DNA of 64,000 bases from Syntrophales bacterium (GTDB taxonomy: Bacteria > Desulfobacterota > Syntrophia > Syntrophales > UBA2210). Position 1 is the first letter of the stretch. Each line of letters opens with the position of its first letter. A program made the translations under genes and the position numbers. The notes below the pieces were generated by a model. It was not told where the DNA came from. It was given only the letters and a program-made list of their open reading frames with translations, and did not search any database. Location: the NCBI GenBank assembly GCA_963662405.2, contig CAXXKT010000001.1, positions 128,001 to 192,000 on the forward strand. Reading direction: 5' to 3'. Shown one piece after another: positions 19,002 to 29,027 of this stretch.

Positions 19002-19765
19002 TACTGTATCACCTTCAGCGAATCATATAAAATAGAAAGGTCTTCCCGGTCACGGGAATCACCACCATAACCATCCATATCTCCGGCGGCCCTCTGCTGC
19101 TCGGGAGGGCGTCCCTTCAGCATGAATTGAACCATCCATTTCCGCACGATCCTCCCCCCCACCAGGGGGAGGACATCATCCGCCAGATAGAGGGCCTCGG
19201 AGATATCGTGGGTGACATGGATGACGGGAATCGACAGGTCCCGTTTCAGCGTCCGCAGTTCCGCGCGGAGCCCCTGCCGGGTCACCGCGTCGAGTGCGGA
19301 AAAGGGTTCGTCCAGGAGGAGGAGACGGGGGTGCCGGGCCATGGCCTGACAGATGGCGCAGCGCTGACGCTCCCCCCCCGATATCTTGTCCGGCTTGCGA
19401 TCTTTCAGATGCCCGATATTGAAACGCCGGAGCAGGGAATCGATGTCACCCTTATCGGCGGCGGCGAAGGCCACATTCCCCGCAACCGTCAGATGGGGGA
19501 AAAGCGTATATTCCTGAAAGACATACCCCAGATGCCGCTCCTGCGGGGGGACATATATCTTTTTATCAGTATCTACCCAGACCTCATTATTGTAGGTGAT
19601 CCGTCCTTCGTCGGGCCGATCGAGCCCCGCCAGGATCCTGATGATGGTTGTCTTCCCCGCCCCTGACGGCCCGACCAGGGCAAGGAGGCGGCTTCTCCGG
19701 CAGGAAAAAGAGACATCGAGATCAAAATGGGGCAACTTCTTTTTTATCGAGACATTAAGCTCCAT
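19001..19765 (-). CDS. modC: Molybdate ABC transporter ATPase
   Basis: GPSGAGKT, ISGGERQR, LLLDEPFSALD. Confidence 0.92.
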   Translation of the reverse strand: MELNVSIKKKLPHFDLDVSFSCRRSRLLALVGPSGAGKTTIIRILAGLDRPDEGRITYNNEVWVDTDKKIYVPPQERHLGYVFQEYTLFPHLTVAGNVAFAAADKGDIDSLLRRFNIGHLKDRKPDKISGGERQRCAICQAMARHPRLLLLDEPFSALDAVTRQGLRAELRTLKRDLSIPVIHVTHDISEALYLADDVLPLVGGRIVRKWMVQFMLKGRPPEQQRAAGDMDGYGGDSRDREDLSILYDSLKVIQ

Positions 19766-20420
19766 AGATCTGCCTCCGGGTCAGGCGGTTGATGAGGAGG
19801 AGAAAGAGGTAACTGACCGGTACCAGTATGAGGCACATCATCCCGGCGTCCCGATAGCGGAGCGCCTCGACCGCCTCGTATATCGCGATGGACGCGACCT
19901 TGGTCTCGCCGGGGATACTTCCCCCGACCATGAGGATCACCCCAAACTCACCGAGGGTATGGATAAAGACGAGGATCGCCGATGCCGCAAGTCCGTTGAC
20001 GGCATTGGGGATAATCACCTTGAAAAAAGCGGTCAGGGGAGAGAGTCCCAGGACATAGGCGTTCTCCAGGAGGCGACGGTCGATCTTTTCAAAGGCCGCC
20101 TTCATGGGCTGGATAGCGAAGGGAAGACTGTAGACCAGCGATGCCACGACAATCCCGGCGAAGGTGAAGATCAGGGGTGAACCGGTGACGGCCTCCCAGA
20201 AGCGGCCGATATTCCCCTGAGGCGTCATGACCAGGAGGAGATAAAATCCGAGGACCGTCGGCGGCAGGACCATGGGGAGGGTGAGTAGCGCCTCAAAGAA
20301 CGACTTGCCGGCGAAGCGGACATAGACCAGGAGATAGGTCAGCGGCGCCGCCAGGATGACGAGCACCACGGTCGTTACCAACGCGAGTTTCAGTGAAAGC
20401 CAGAGCGGTATCAGGTCCAT
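19755..20420 (-). CDS. modB: Molybdate ABC transporter permease
   Basis: LPMVLPPTVLGFYLL, LGEFGV.LMVGGSIPGET. Confidence 0.95.
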   Translation of the reverse strand: MDLIPLWLSLKLALVTTVVLVILAAPLTYLLVYVRFAGKSFFEALLTLPMVLPPTVLGFYLLLVMTPQGNIGRFWEAVTGSPLIFTFAGIVVASLVYSLPFAIQPMKAAFEKIDRRLLENAYVLGLSPLTAFFKVIIPNAVNGLAASAILVFIHTLGEFGVILMVGGSIPGETKVASIAIYEAVEALRYRDAGMMCLILVPVSYLFLLLINRLTRRQIYGA

Positions 20421-21170
20421 CTAACGATATCCGTATTTTTCCTTGATCTTCCGGGCTTGGGGCGACTGTATGAATGTGACAAACCGTTCGGCAGCCGATC
20501 GGTTTTCCGTCCTCTTGAGGATACAGGCTGCCTGAACGATGGTCGGTGCCTCCGGGACCTCATAAAAACATCCCTTCTTCCCCTTTTCGGAGAGGGCCGA
20601 CGAATAGGCACAGAACCCTACGTCGGCGCTCTTCGTCTCGGCATATTGAAATGACTGTGCCACCGTCTGGGGAAAGACGTATTTACCTTTCAGCGTATCC
20701 CACAATCCAACCTTCTTGAGGGCAACCATCGCCGCGGTACCGTAAGGGGCGCTCTCGGTATTGGCGATGGCGATCTTCCGGACCTCCGGATCCTTCACCA
20801 CGGCCTGCCAGCCTGCCGCCCCGCACAGCGCCTGATGTGCCGTCCAGACCACCACCTGCCCCCGCGCGTAGACAAAGGGCGTATCGCACAGCCCCTTTTC
20901 ATCAAGGAGTTTCGGCCTCTTTTCATCGGCGGCGAAAAAGATATCGTACGGCGCCCCCTTGACAATCTGGCCGTATAATTTCCCCGTCGATGTATATGTC
21001 GCCTCGACAGGTATCCCCGTCTGTTCCTGGAACATCTGCGTCAGTTCTCCCGAGGGGAGAATAAAATTAGCGGCAACGGCAATCAACAGTTTTTCTCCGG
21101 CGAAAACCGGAGAAAAAGAGACAAGAACAAAGAATGCAATGGTGATAATGGTGGTGACAGAGCGGCGCAT
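20421..21170 (-). CDS. modA: Molybdate ABC transporter substrate-binding protein
   Basis: Signal peptide, AVAANF, STGKLYGQI..GAPYD, APYG.AA. Confidence 0.95.
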   Translation of the reverse strand: MRRSVTTIITIAFFVLVSFSPVFAGEKLLIAVAANFILPSGELTQMFQEQTGIPVEATYTSTGKLYGQIVKGAPYDIFFAADEKRPKLLDEKGLCDTPFVYARGQVVVWTAHQALCGAAGWQAVVKDPEVRKIAIANTESAPYGTAAMVALKKVGLWDTLKGKYVFPQTVAQSFQYAETKSADVGFCAYSSALSEKGKKGCFYEVPEAPTIVQAACILKRTENRSAAERFVTFIQSPQARKIKEKYGYR

Positions 21171-21245
21171 GATGAGACTCCTTTTCTATAGCGTTTTTCC
21201 TCGAGCGATTGAAACGGTACACCCCTGATGAGTGAGCTGAAAGCA

Positions 21246-21322
21246 TATGCCTTTTATGACACGTCTGGGCTTATAGGCAAAAGAAGTGAGGATGTCAAGG
21301 TTTATATGTTATTTCTAGCATA
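21246..21322. promoter_or_regulatory. Two TATGTC-N6-GACATA-like boxes upstream of modA
   Basis: TATGCC-N6-GACACG (21246-21263); TATGTT-N6-AGCATA (21305-21322). Confidence 0.55.
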
Positions 21323-21570
21323 TAAATACGAAAAAGGACACGCTAATTTTAACATATCCGGAACACCGTGCCAGATCCGATGCAACCATAAAAAGGCATA
21401 AAAGACTTGCACTCTTTCCCGACGGTTATAAACGATACCCCTGAAAAATACGCAGGCTCACGCGGGCGTACCCTGACACGCCGGAAAGCATGCTTCATTT
21501 TCTTCGCAGGACCGTGACGATTAAGGATTGACTTCTTGTTCGTATTCAGGGTATCAGGTCAAGCGGTTGT

Positions 21571-21588
21571 TATGCCAATATTGACATA
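21571..21588. promoter_or_regulatory. Palindromic operator box upstream of fdhE
   Basis: TATGCC-aatatt-GACATA. Confidence 0.65.
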
Positions 21589-21668
21589 GAGGATCACTTT
21601 CATACAAACTCGCATTGGATAGAACGTATTTCACTCCAAAACGCCATGCGACATCAAGAGGTTATAAC

Positions 21669-22577
21669 ATGAGCAAAAGTGCCGAAGGGTTGTCAACGCT
21701 GGAGAAACAGATAGAGGAAATGAACGAGACAAATCCGCACAGCCGGAATATCCTCCTCGCCTTCAAGGCAATCTTGCTGGCAAGGAAACACCTCGTCGAG
21801 GACGGAGGCTGTATGAACGTGGACGTTTCACCCGTCGATACGGTTCGACTGCAGGGAGGAGTGCCTGTCTGCAGGCAGACACCGCTCCTTCACCCCGATG
21901 AACCGTGGAATGAAATCGCCTCGGCGGTGATTCCATCGATTGCGATCGGGTTCCCGGACCTTGCGGAGGAACTGCAGAAAATTGAAGCGGGTATCAAACG
22001 TGAACGTATAGAACTAACAGAATACTTTACTCCCTTTCCCGAACTCGACGAAAAACTTACCCGGAACTGGTCGGCAACCCTGGGCGTCAGACCGGAGGCC
22101 ATGCACCTGGTGCTGACGAGTATCCTTCGGCCCGTCCTGGAAATGAAGGCGAGAGCGGTCGCCGGAACGCTCGGAGATGTATCCTGGGACAAGGGATACT
22201 GCCCGATCTGCGGCGCCTTTCCCGATATCGCCGTGATCAAGGACAAAATTTCACAGCGGTGGCTCCACTGTTCCCAATGCCGTCATGAATGGCGCTTCAG
22301 TCGCGTCCTGTGTCCATACTGCGAGCATGAAGGGAAAGAAGAAGGAACACCCTATTTCTTTGTCGAAGGAAAAGAACAGGAGGCGGCATTCGCCTGCGAT
22401 CGGTGCAAGCGGTATGTGGTCACCCTGAACCGTATCAGTGATCTTGGCAGTCCTGATTTCGATGTTATATCCATGGGACTTACCCACCTCGATGTGATCA
22501 TGCAGGAAAAGGGGTATACCCCTGCAGCCTTCAATGAGTGGAACGATTTTGGGCCACCCGCCTCCCCTCTTTCATAA
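21669..22577 (+). CDS. fdhE: Formate dehydrogenase accessory protein FdhE
   Basis: GYCPICG, RWLHCSQCRHEW, CPYC, CDRCKRY. Confidence 0.92.
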   Translation: MSKSAEGLSTLEKQIEEMNETNPHSRNILLAFKAILLARKHLVEDGGCMNVDVSPVDTVRLQGGVPVCRQTPLLHPDEPWNEIASAVIPSIAIGFPDLAEELQKIEAGIKRERIELTEYFTPFPELDEKLTRNWSATLGVRPEAMHLVLTSILRPVLEMKARAVAGTLGDVSWDKGYCPICGAFPDIAVIKDKISQRWLHCSQCRHEWRFSRVLCPYCEHEGKEEGTPYFFVEGKEQEAAFACDRCKRYVVTLNRISDLGSPDFDVISMGLTHLDVIMQEKGYTPAAFNEWNDFGPPASPLS

Positions 22578-22651
22578 AAAGAGCCAATCCAAATCCCTTC
22601 CAACACATTTATGTTAATAGTAACATATTGACAAAACAGGGGAAAACTGCT

Positions 22652-22699
22652 TATGTCACCCATGACATATGGGAATAGTAATATGTTGCCGATGCCATA
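22652..22699. promoter_or_regulatory. Palindromic operator boxes upstream of fdnG
   Basis: Perfect TATGTC-acccat-GACATA (22652-22669); TATGTT-N6-GCCATA (22682-22699). Confidence 0.7.
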
Positions 22700-22741
22700 T
22701 AGTAATAATAGTAGTGACATAGAGTACTAAAGGAGGCTTTT

Positions 22742-25700
22742 ATGGATGTTACGAGAAGAGGTTTTCTAACTATTTCCGGCGCGGTCGGATCGGGCATCGC
22801 CTTGTCCTCTCTGGGCATCAATCTGAAACCAACGAAGGCGTATGCAAGCGAACTCAACAAGATGAACCGGCTCAGGGCAGCCAAGCAGGTCACGACGGTA
22901 TGCTGCTACTGCGCCGTGGGGTGCGGCCTCATCTGCAGTGTCGACAAGGTTACCGGCAAGATATTCAATATCGAGGGCGACGCCGATCATCCCATTAATG
23001 AAGGGTCACTGTGCGCGAAGGGGGCCGGATTCTTCGACCTGACGGAGGCCAACAAGTACCGTCTCCGGAAAGTTCTCTACCGTGCGCCGAAGAGCGACCG
23101 GTGGGAAGAAAAGGACTGGGACTGGGCCCTTGCCCGTATCGCCCGCCTGGTCAAAGACACCAGAGAAAAGGATTTCATCACCACCAACAGCAAAGGCCAG
23201 ATCGTCAACCGGACCGAATCGATCGGACATCTGGGAAGTTCCAACGTCGACAGCGAGGAGTGCTGGCTGATGAGCGTGATCTCACGCGCCATGGGGCTTG
23301 TCTATGTTGATCACCAGGCCCGGGTCTGACACAGCCCGACTGTAGCGGCTCTGGCAGAGTCGTTCGGACGCGGTTCCATGACAAACCACTGGATAGATCT
23401 CCAGCACAGCGATTGTATACTGATTATGGGCAGCAATGCGGCGGAACATCACCCCATTGCCTTCAAATGGATGCTCCGGGGAAAAGAAAAGAACGGAACG
23501 AGACTCATCCATGTCGATCCCCGCTTCACCAGGACATCGGCCCGTTGCGATTATCACGTTCCCCTGCGTTCCGGAACCGATATCGCCTTCCTGGGCGGGA
23601 TGATCAACTACATTCTCAACTCCGATAAATATTTCAAAGATTACGTCGTCAACTACACCAACGCCCCCTTTATCGTGGCGGAGGGTTTCGGCTTCAACGA
23701 CGGTCTCTTTACGGGGTACGACAAAGACAAGAAAAAATACAACAAGGAGACATGGGTGTTTGAAAAGGACTTTGCGGGAAATCCCAAGAAAGATCCTTCC
23801 CTCAATCATCCGCGCTGTGTCTTCCAGCTCCTGAAAAAACACTACACCCGCTACACCCTGGAGAAGGTCTCCAGCACCACCGGCGTTTCCAAGGAAGACC
23901 TGATGAAGGTCTACACGGACTACGGGAGCACCGGCGTGGGCACCCGCGCGGGGACGATCTGTTACGCCCTGGGCTGGACGCACCATTCGACGGGTACGCA
24001 GAATATCCGCACCATGGCCATGATTCAGCTCCTGCTCGGCAATATCGGGATCAACGGCGGCGGCGTCAACGCCCTTCGAGGCGAACCCAATGTCCAGGGA
24101 TCGACCGATCACTGTATCCTGTACGGCAATCTGCCGGGCTACCTGAAGATGCCCAAGGCGTCTCAAGACACGCTCGATAAATATCTCAAAAAGTACACCC
24201 CGGTGACAAACGATTCCCAGTCGCCGAACTACTACCGGAACTATCCGAAGTTCTACGTGAGTTTCCTCAAGTCGCTCTTCGACGACAAGGGGACACCGGA
24301 AAACGAATTCGGCTATTCCTGGATGCCCAAACTGGATGACGACGTACCGTACTCCCTCATGCACCTCTTCGACACGATGTACAAGGGCACGGTGAAGGGG
24401 CTGTTTTCCGTAGGTACCGATCCGGCCGTCAGCTCGCCCAACGCGAACAAGGTGAGAAAGGCGCTGAAAAAACTGGACTGGCTGGTAAGCGCCAACATCT
24501 TCGACAACGAGACCTGTTCCTTCTGGAAGGGCCCCGGTGTCGATCCATCGAAGATCAAAACGGAGTGTTTCCTCCTCCCCGCCTCGGCCTCCATGGAAAA
24601 GGAAGGCAGCCAGACCAACAGCGGCAGATGGGTGCAGTGGAAATACAAAGCGGCCGAAGCCCCCGGCGATGCGATTCCCGTGGGAGAAATATTCATAAAG
24701 ATCATGCAGTCCGTTCAATCTCTCTACGCCAAGGAAGGCGGCATCAATCCCGAACCGATCCTGAATTTCAAATGCGATTACCATGACCGGAGCGGCAACT
24801 TCGTTGCCCTGGGAGCGGCCAAGCAGATCAACGGTTACTTCCTTAAGGACACGGTCATCAAGGGCAAAACCTTCAAGAAGGGACAACTGGTTCCGACCTT
24901 CGGCATGCTCCAGGACGACGGTTCCACCTCCAGCGGCAACTGGCTCATGGCGGGAAGCTTCACCGCCGACGGCGAAAACAATATGACCAAACGCGGGAAG
25001 GACGATCCGACAGGTCTCGGCCTCTACCCCAACTGGACGTGGGCCTGGCCCGTCAACAGGCGCATCCTGTACAACCGCGCCTCCTGCGATATTAACGGAA
25101 AACCGTACAACCCGAAGAGAAAGCTCCTCGAGTGGACCGGTGAAAAATGGGTGGGCGACGTCCCCGACGGCGGCTGGGCGCCCATGGCCGATCGCGAGAA
25201 TGGGAAGTACCCCTTCATCATGAAACCCGACGGCGTGGGATCGCTCTTCGGTCCCGGTATGGCGGAAGGACCGTTCTCCGAGCATTACGAGCCCTATGAG
25301 ACGCCTCTGAAGAAAAATCCCCTTTCCAGCCAGTTGAACAATCCGGCGCTCCACGTGTTCACGACCGACATGGATCAGTTGGCCAACGGAGACGGGAAGT
25401 TCCCTTATGTCTGTACCACCTATTCCTGCACCGAGCACTGGTGTTCCGGTGCGCTGACGCGATGGCAGGCGTGGCTCCTGGAGATGCAGCCGGAGGCATA
25501 CGTCGAAATCGGCGAAAAGCTTGCGCAGGAAAAGGGCATCAAGAACGGCGAAAAAGTAAAGGTGTCCTCGGCCCGGGGATTTGTGAAATGCGTGGCCATG
25601 GTTACCAAGCGATTCCGCCCCTTCCTCGTTGAAGGCAAGACGGTGCATCAGGTCGGTCTGCCCTTCAATTATGGGTGGTTGTTCCCCGAAGATGGCGGGG

Positions 25701-25792
25701 ATAGCGCCAACATACTTACGCCCTCTGTCGGTGACGCGAATACCCACTGTCCCGAATACAAGGCGTTCATGGTTAACGTGACGAAGAGTTAG
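22742..25792 (+). CDS. fdnG: Periplasmic formate dehydrogenase alpha subunit, selenoprotein (UGA 23327-23329)
   Basis: Tat motif TRRGFL; CCYCAVGC; DHQARV-U-HSPTV joins the two ORF-track pieces in frame. Confidence 0.95.
23337..23362 (+). promoter_or_regulatory. SECIS hairpin
   Basis: CGACTGTAGCGGCTCTGGCAGAGTCG just 3' of the UGA. Confidence 0.7.
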
Positions 25793-25803
25793 GAGGGTGG
25801 ACA

Positions 25804-26607
25804 ATGAAAAAACATGAGATTGTACAACTGATCGATACGACAAAGTGTACTGCCTGCCGCGGCTGTCAGGTGGCATGCAAGCAGTGGAATGAAAACCCCG
25901 GCTTGAGGACCAAAAACTGGGGCAGTTATCAGAACCCGCCCGACCTGGAGTGGAACACCTGGACGCTGGTCCGTTTTCAGGAACATGTCGATTCAAAGGG
26001 GACACTGAAGTGGCTGTTCAGAAAGGATGGCTGCATGCACTGCACCGATGCGGCCTGCGTGAAGGTCTGCCCCAGCGGCGCCTTGTTCCATACCGAATTC
26101 GGTACAGTTGGCATGAACCCCTCATTATGCATCGGCTGCAAGGAATGCATCGCCGTCTGTCCCTTCGACGTTCCCCGGTATAATAAGGAAACGGACAAAG
26201 TGACGAAGTGTGACTTCTGTTATAACCGCCTGAAGGGGGACGAGCTTCCCGCCTGTGTCAAATCATGCCCCACCGGCGCCTTATCCGTCGGCAGGAAAGA
26301 GGATATGATTAAAAAGGCGTATCAGCGGGTCAAGGAACTCGGGGGCGATGCCAATGTCTACGGCGATAAATTCGTCGGTGGGACCCATCTCATCTACGTA
26401 CTGGGCGAAAAACCGGAGGTCTATGACAAGCTGCCGACCCGGCCCGCCGTTCCTCTTTCAGTTATTGCCTGGAAGGACTGGCTGAAGCCGCTGAGTCTGA
26501 TCGCCGGCGGCGGCGTAGTGGTGGGCGCGTTCCTCCACTATCTCATCCACGGACCCAAAGACACCGGCGGCGATAGTGATCAGGCCGGCCAGGGAGGAGG
26601 TGAATAA
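25804..26607 (+). CDS. fdnH: Formate dehydrogenase beta (4Fe-4S) subunit
   Basis: Four CxxCxxC-type clusters; C-terminal TM helix. Confidence 0.93.
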   Translation: MKKHEIVQLIDTTKCTACRGCQVACKQWNENPGLRTKNWGSYQNPPDLEWNTWTLVRFQEHVDSKGTLKWLFRKDGCMHCTDAACVKVCPSGALFHTEFGTVGMNPSLCIGCKECIAVCPFDVPRYNKETDKVTKCDFCYNRLKGDELPACVKSCPTGALSVGRKEDMIKKAYQRVKELGGDANVYGDKFVGGTHLIYVLGEKPEVYDKLPTRPAVPLSVIAWKDWLKPLSLIAGGGVVVGAFLHYLIHGPKDTGGDSDQAGQGGGE

Positions 26608-26608
26608 G

Positions 26609-27280
26609 ATGATACCACAGAAGGGAATGATTAAAGTATCGGACGCGTTTGAGAGAATCGTTCATTGGTGCCTGGCCATCTCCTGCCTTATCCTGATGAT
26701 CTCGGGACTGGGGATGATGTTTCATGCCTTCAACTTCCTGGCGATTCCGGTGGGCGGGCTCAAGAGCCTGAAACTTATCCACAACTTTACCGGGTTGATA
26801 TTTGTACCGTCGCTCTTCTTCGCTATCCTGATCTGGTGGAAGGAAGCGGGCGTATTCGACTTTCCCGACGATCTGGAATGGATCAAATGCGCGGGCGGGT
26901 ACCTCTGGCACGTGGACAATCCACCGGAGACGGGGAAATACAACCCCGGCCAGAAGGCCTTCTTCCTTGCCGTGGCTATCTTCGGCATCATTATGATCAT
27001 CAGCGGGCTCATCATGTGGTTCTCCCTGAGTTTCCCCGCCGGGACGGTACAGATAGCGTATTTGCTCCACGCGCTGGGGTTCCTGGTGATCTTCCCCTTC
27101 TTCTTTATCCACCTCTACCTGGGAACCATCGGTGTCCCCGGTTCGTTCCCCGCCGTGGCGACCGGTTACGTGACCCGGTCCTGGTGTGAGAAACAATGCC
27201 CCAAGTGGCTCAGAGAAAAGGAAGAAGAAGGAACACTTGAGATCTACGGTGAAGAAAAGGCGGCGGCTGAACATCACTAA
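26609..27280 (+). CDS. fdnI: Formate dehydrogenase gamma (cytochrome b) subunit
   Basis: ERIVHW, GKYNPGQK, IHLYLG. Confidence 0.92.
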   Translation: MIPQKGMIKVSDAFERIVHWCLAISCLILMISGLGMMFHAFNFLAIPVGGLKSLKLIHNFTGLIFVPSLFFAILIWWKEAGVFDFPDDLEWIKCAGGYLWHVDNPPETGKYNPGQKAFFLAVAIFGIIMIISGLIMWFSLSFPAGTVQIAYLLHALGFLVIFPFFFIHLYLGTIGVPGSFPAVATGYVTRSWCEKQCPKWLREKEEEGTLEIYGEEKAAAEHH

Positions 27281-27304
27281 GCGCCCTCTTTCCATTTGAA
27301 AAGG

Positions 27305-27336
27305 AAAGGACCCGTACTTTGTACGGGTCCTTTTTT
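27305..27336 (+). terminator. Intrinsic terminator of the fdn operon
   Basis: AAAGGACCCGTAC-ttt-GTACGGGTCCTTTTTT. Confidence 0.9.
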
Positions 27337-27350
27337 ATTGTTCATCCGGC

Positions 27351-27444
27351 TAATGAGTACGAATGAAGGCTGTCTTTGTTTGCTTCCTGTAGTCGATAAA
27401 AACCAGAGTGAAGAAATAGTAGTGGTTTCTTTCAGTACTCATTA
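27351..27444. repeat. 94-bp unit with 10-bp terminal inverted repeats, containing the conserved array-distal segment
   Basis: TAATGAGTAC...GTACTCATTA; right part similar to 5412-5474 and 2190-2232. Confidence 0.6.
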
Positions 27445-27501
27445 CGGACTGCTGTGGGGCGCGCGGTCGTTTTGCGCGCCCCTACCAGCAGATAGTTAGC
27501 A
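27439..27501 (-). other. attC site, array 2, third cassette
   Basis: TGCTAAC...GCTGGTAGGGGCGCGC-loop-GCGCGCCCCACAGC-agtcc-GTAATGA (GTA instead of GTT). Confidence 0.8.
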
Positions 27502-27508
27502 TAGCTTT

Positions 27509-28243
27509 TTATGTTTTCGCCATCGCTTTTGAAAGATTACCTGATTTTTTCCACCCATAAAAAGTTTTTTCAAAAAATTCTTTAGACGCTGTATTTTCAA
27601 TCAGGACAGGTAATATACCATTATAATTTAGGAAAAGCTTTTCATTGTATGGTAGCTGTCCAGTATGGTTTGAAATAAAAAACACCCATGTTAAACCCGC
27701 CAACACAAACATATAACATCGATGTCCATCAAATCTTGTTTCTTTAGCGAGCATCATCATTTTGCTGGTAAAATCGAAATAGGACGGGGTAAAGATTATG
27801 AGGCATCCATAGTCATAAGATGCACCTGGATTACCCTCGTATAACATAGAACGTAATTTTTCTTCATGAGGTCCTAAGCTAACGTTTGTAAATTGATGAA
27901 GATTTGATGCTCCTGCTCGCCATATAAGCGAAAGCTGAAATAGTTTAAACTTTGTATAATCAATATTTTTTATTATGATAAAATCACTCATTTTCTCCAT
28001 ACTTAGCTTATTACCACTAAAAAACACTTGAGCAGCATATGTTTCCCATTTATTCAGTCTGTCTTCGCATTCTCGGCAAAGCATCTTTTCCCTAAAGCCC
28101 TTTTGCCATTTTCTTACTTTTGGTGCACCTTCTATTTGAACGAATTGATGCTTTTCCTTGGCATAAAGAGCTTTGAAAAGAAATTCTGGGACTATATGCG
28201 AATTACATAGTTCTTTTTCTTTAAGGCACAATCTACATTTCAT
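27509..28243 (-). CDS. Cassette protein, HNH-endonuclease-like
   Basis: CRLC....L..SHIVP...LCRECE N-terminal motif. Confidence 0.65.
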   Translation of the reverse strand: MKCRLCLKEKELCNSHIVPEFLFKALYAKEKHQFVQIEGAPKVRKWQKGFREKMLCRECEDRLNKWETYAAQVFFSGNKLSMEKMSDFIIIKNIDYTKFKLFQLSLIWRAGASNLHQFTNVSLGPHEEKLRSMLYEGNPGASYDYGCLIIFTPSYFDFTSKMMMLAKETRFDGHRCYMFVLAGLTWVFFISNHTGQLPYNEKLFLNYNGILPVLIENTASKEFFEKTFYGWKKSGNLSKAMAKT

Positions 28244-28253
28244 AGTGAATTGA

Positions 28254-28315
28254 TGCTAACGGGCTGCTCAGGGGCGCGCGGCTTTTGCGCGTTTACTGCA
28301 GCAGCAATGTTATAG
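28254..28315 (-). other. attC site, array 2, second cassette
   Basis: CTATAAC...GCTGCAGTAAACGCGC-loop-GCGCGCCCCTGAGC-agccc-GTTAGCA; CTATAAC is complementary to the GTTATAG that opens the cassette. Confidence 0.9.
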
Positions 28316-28333
28316 CAACGTCTTATGATTCAA

Positions 28334-28936
28334 TTATAGAGGGTCTTCATTAGATAAACGTATTTCAAAAGTGTTACCTAAATACATAATATTTAGACAG
28401 TTTCCATGGCCTAAAAATACTCTTTCCATACCTTCTTTAGCTGGTTGAAGTCGGTATTCGACCTGAGTAACCTTTGCTGCAACCGCAATTTTAACACCGA
28501 AAAATGTATCTGGATCGTTTTTTATTGCTTTGATAATTGAATAAACCTTTTGCTTGGGGCAAAGAAGTTCCAGCTTAAGCTCTGGCGAATGCCTTGAGGC
28601 CCTTATCAATAGCTGGTAGTTGATATCATCACATGTAGCCACATTCTCCAAGGTTCCGATAAACAGAATGGGTTTGCCAATTAACCATACTGCCTCTAAA
28701 TCAATCGAGTAGAGACATCGGGAATGCTTTTTAATAATGGATTCTCTCCAGCTAGTATCAGCTCCCGAATCCCTAGCAAAAGCTTGGACTGCCAAGCGTA
28801 GGGCCTCTTCTTGAGCTTTTTCTTTAGCGCCAGAATCTGCGATATCTTTCTGACGATCTGAGCATGATAGCATACACAAGCTAAGAATGGCCGCAGTTAC
28901 AATAATGAGCCTCTTAAATCGATGTATATGTGTCAT
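28334..28936 (-). CDS. Cassette-encoded putative lipoprotein
   Basis: Start after GTTATAG-AGGTAGG; signal peptide ending LCMLSC. Confidence 0.7.
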   Translation of the reverse strand: MTHIHRFKRLIIVTAAILSLCMLSCSDRQKDIADSGAKEKAQEEALRLAVQAFARDSGADTSWRESIIKKHSRCLYSIDLEAVWLIGKPILFIGTLENVATCDDINYQLLIRASRHSPELKLELLCPKQKVYSIIKAIKNDPDTFFGVKIAVAAKVTQVEYRLQPAKEGMERVFLGHGNCLNIMYLGNTFEIRLSNEDPL

Positions 28937-28950
28937 GGGTTTTCCTACCT

Positions 28951-29024
28951 CTATAACGTTGTCTTCACCGGTGGCGACGAAGTGAAGTGGAATTGTCCCA
29001 TCCGAGTGCAAGGCATGGTTGGCA
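28951..29024 (-). other. attC site, array 2, first cassette
   Basis: TGCCAAC-catgc-CTTGCACTCGGATGG...CCACCGGTGAAG-acaac-GTTATAG with extrahelical bases. Confidence 0.9.
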
Positions 29025-29027
29025 TTT

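Noticed and set aside
23327..23329. fdh genes as nonsense pseudogenes (also 41558 and 44917)
   Set aside because: Each UGA is at the conserved Sec position, is in frame and has a SECIS-like hairpin.
23282..26005. 907-aa minus-strand ORF and similar long antisense ORFs over the fdhF, mod and beta-oxidation genes
   Set aside because: Shadow frames of GC-rich genes with no recognisable motifs.
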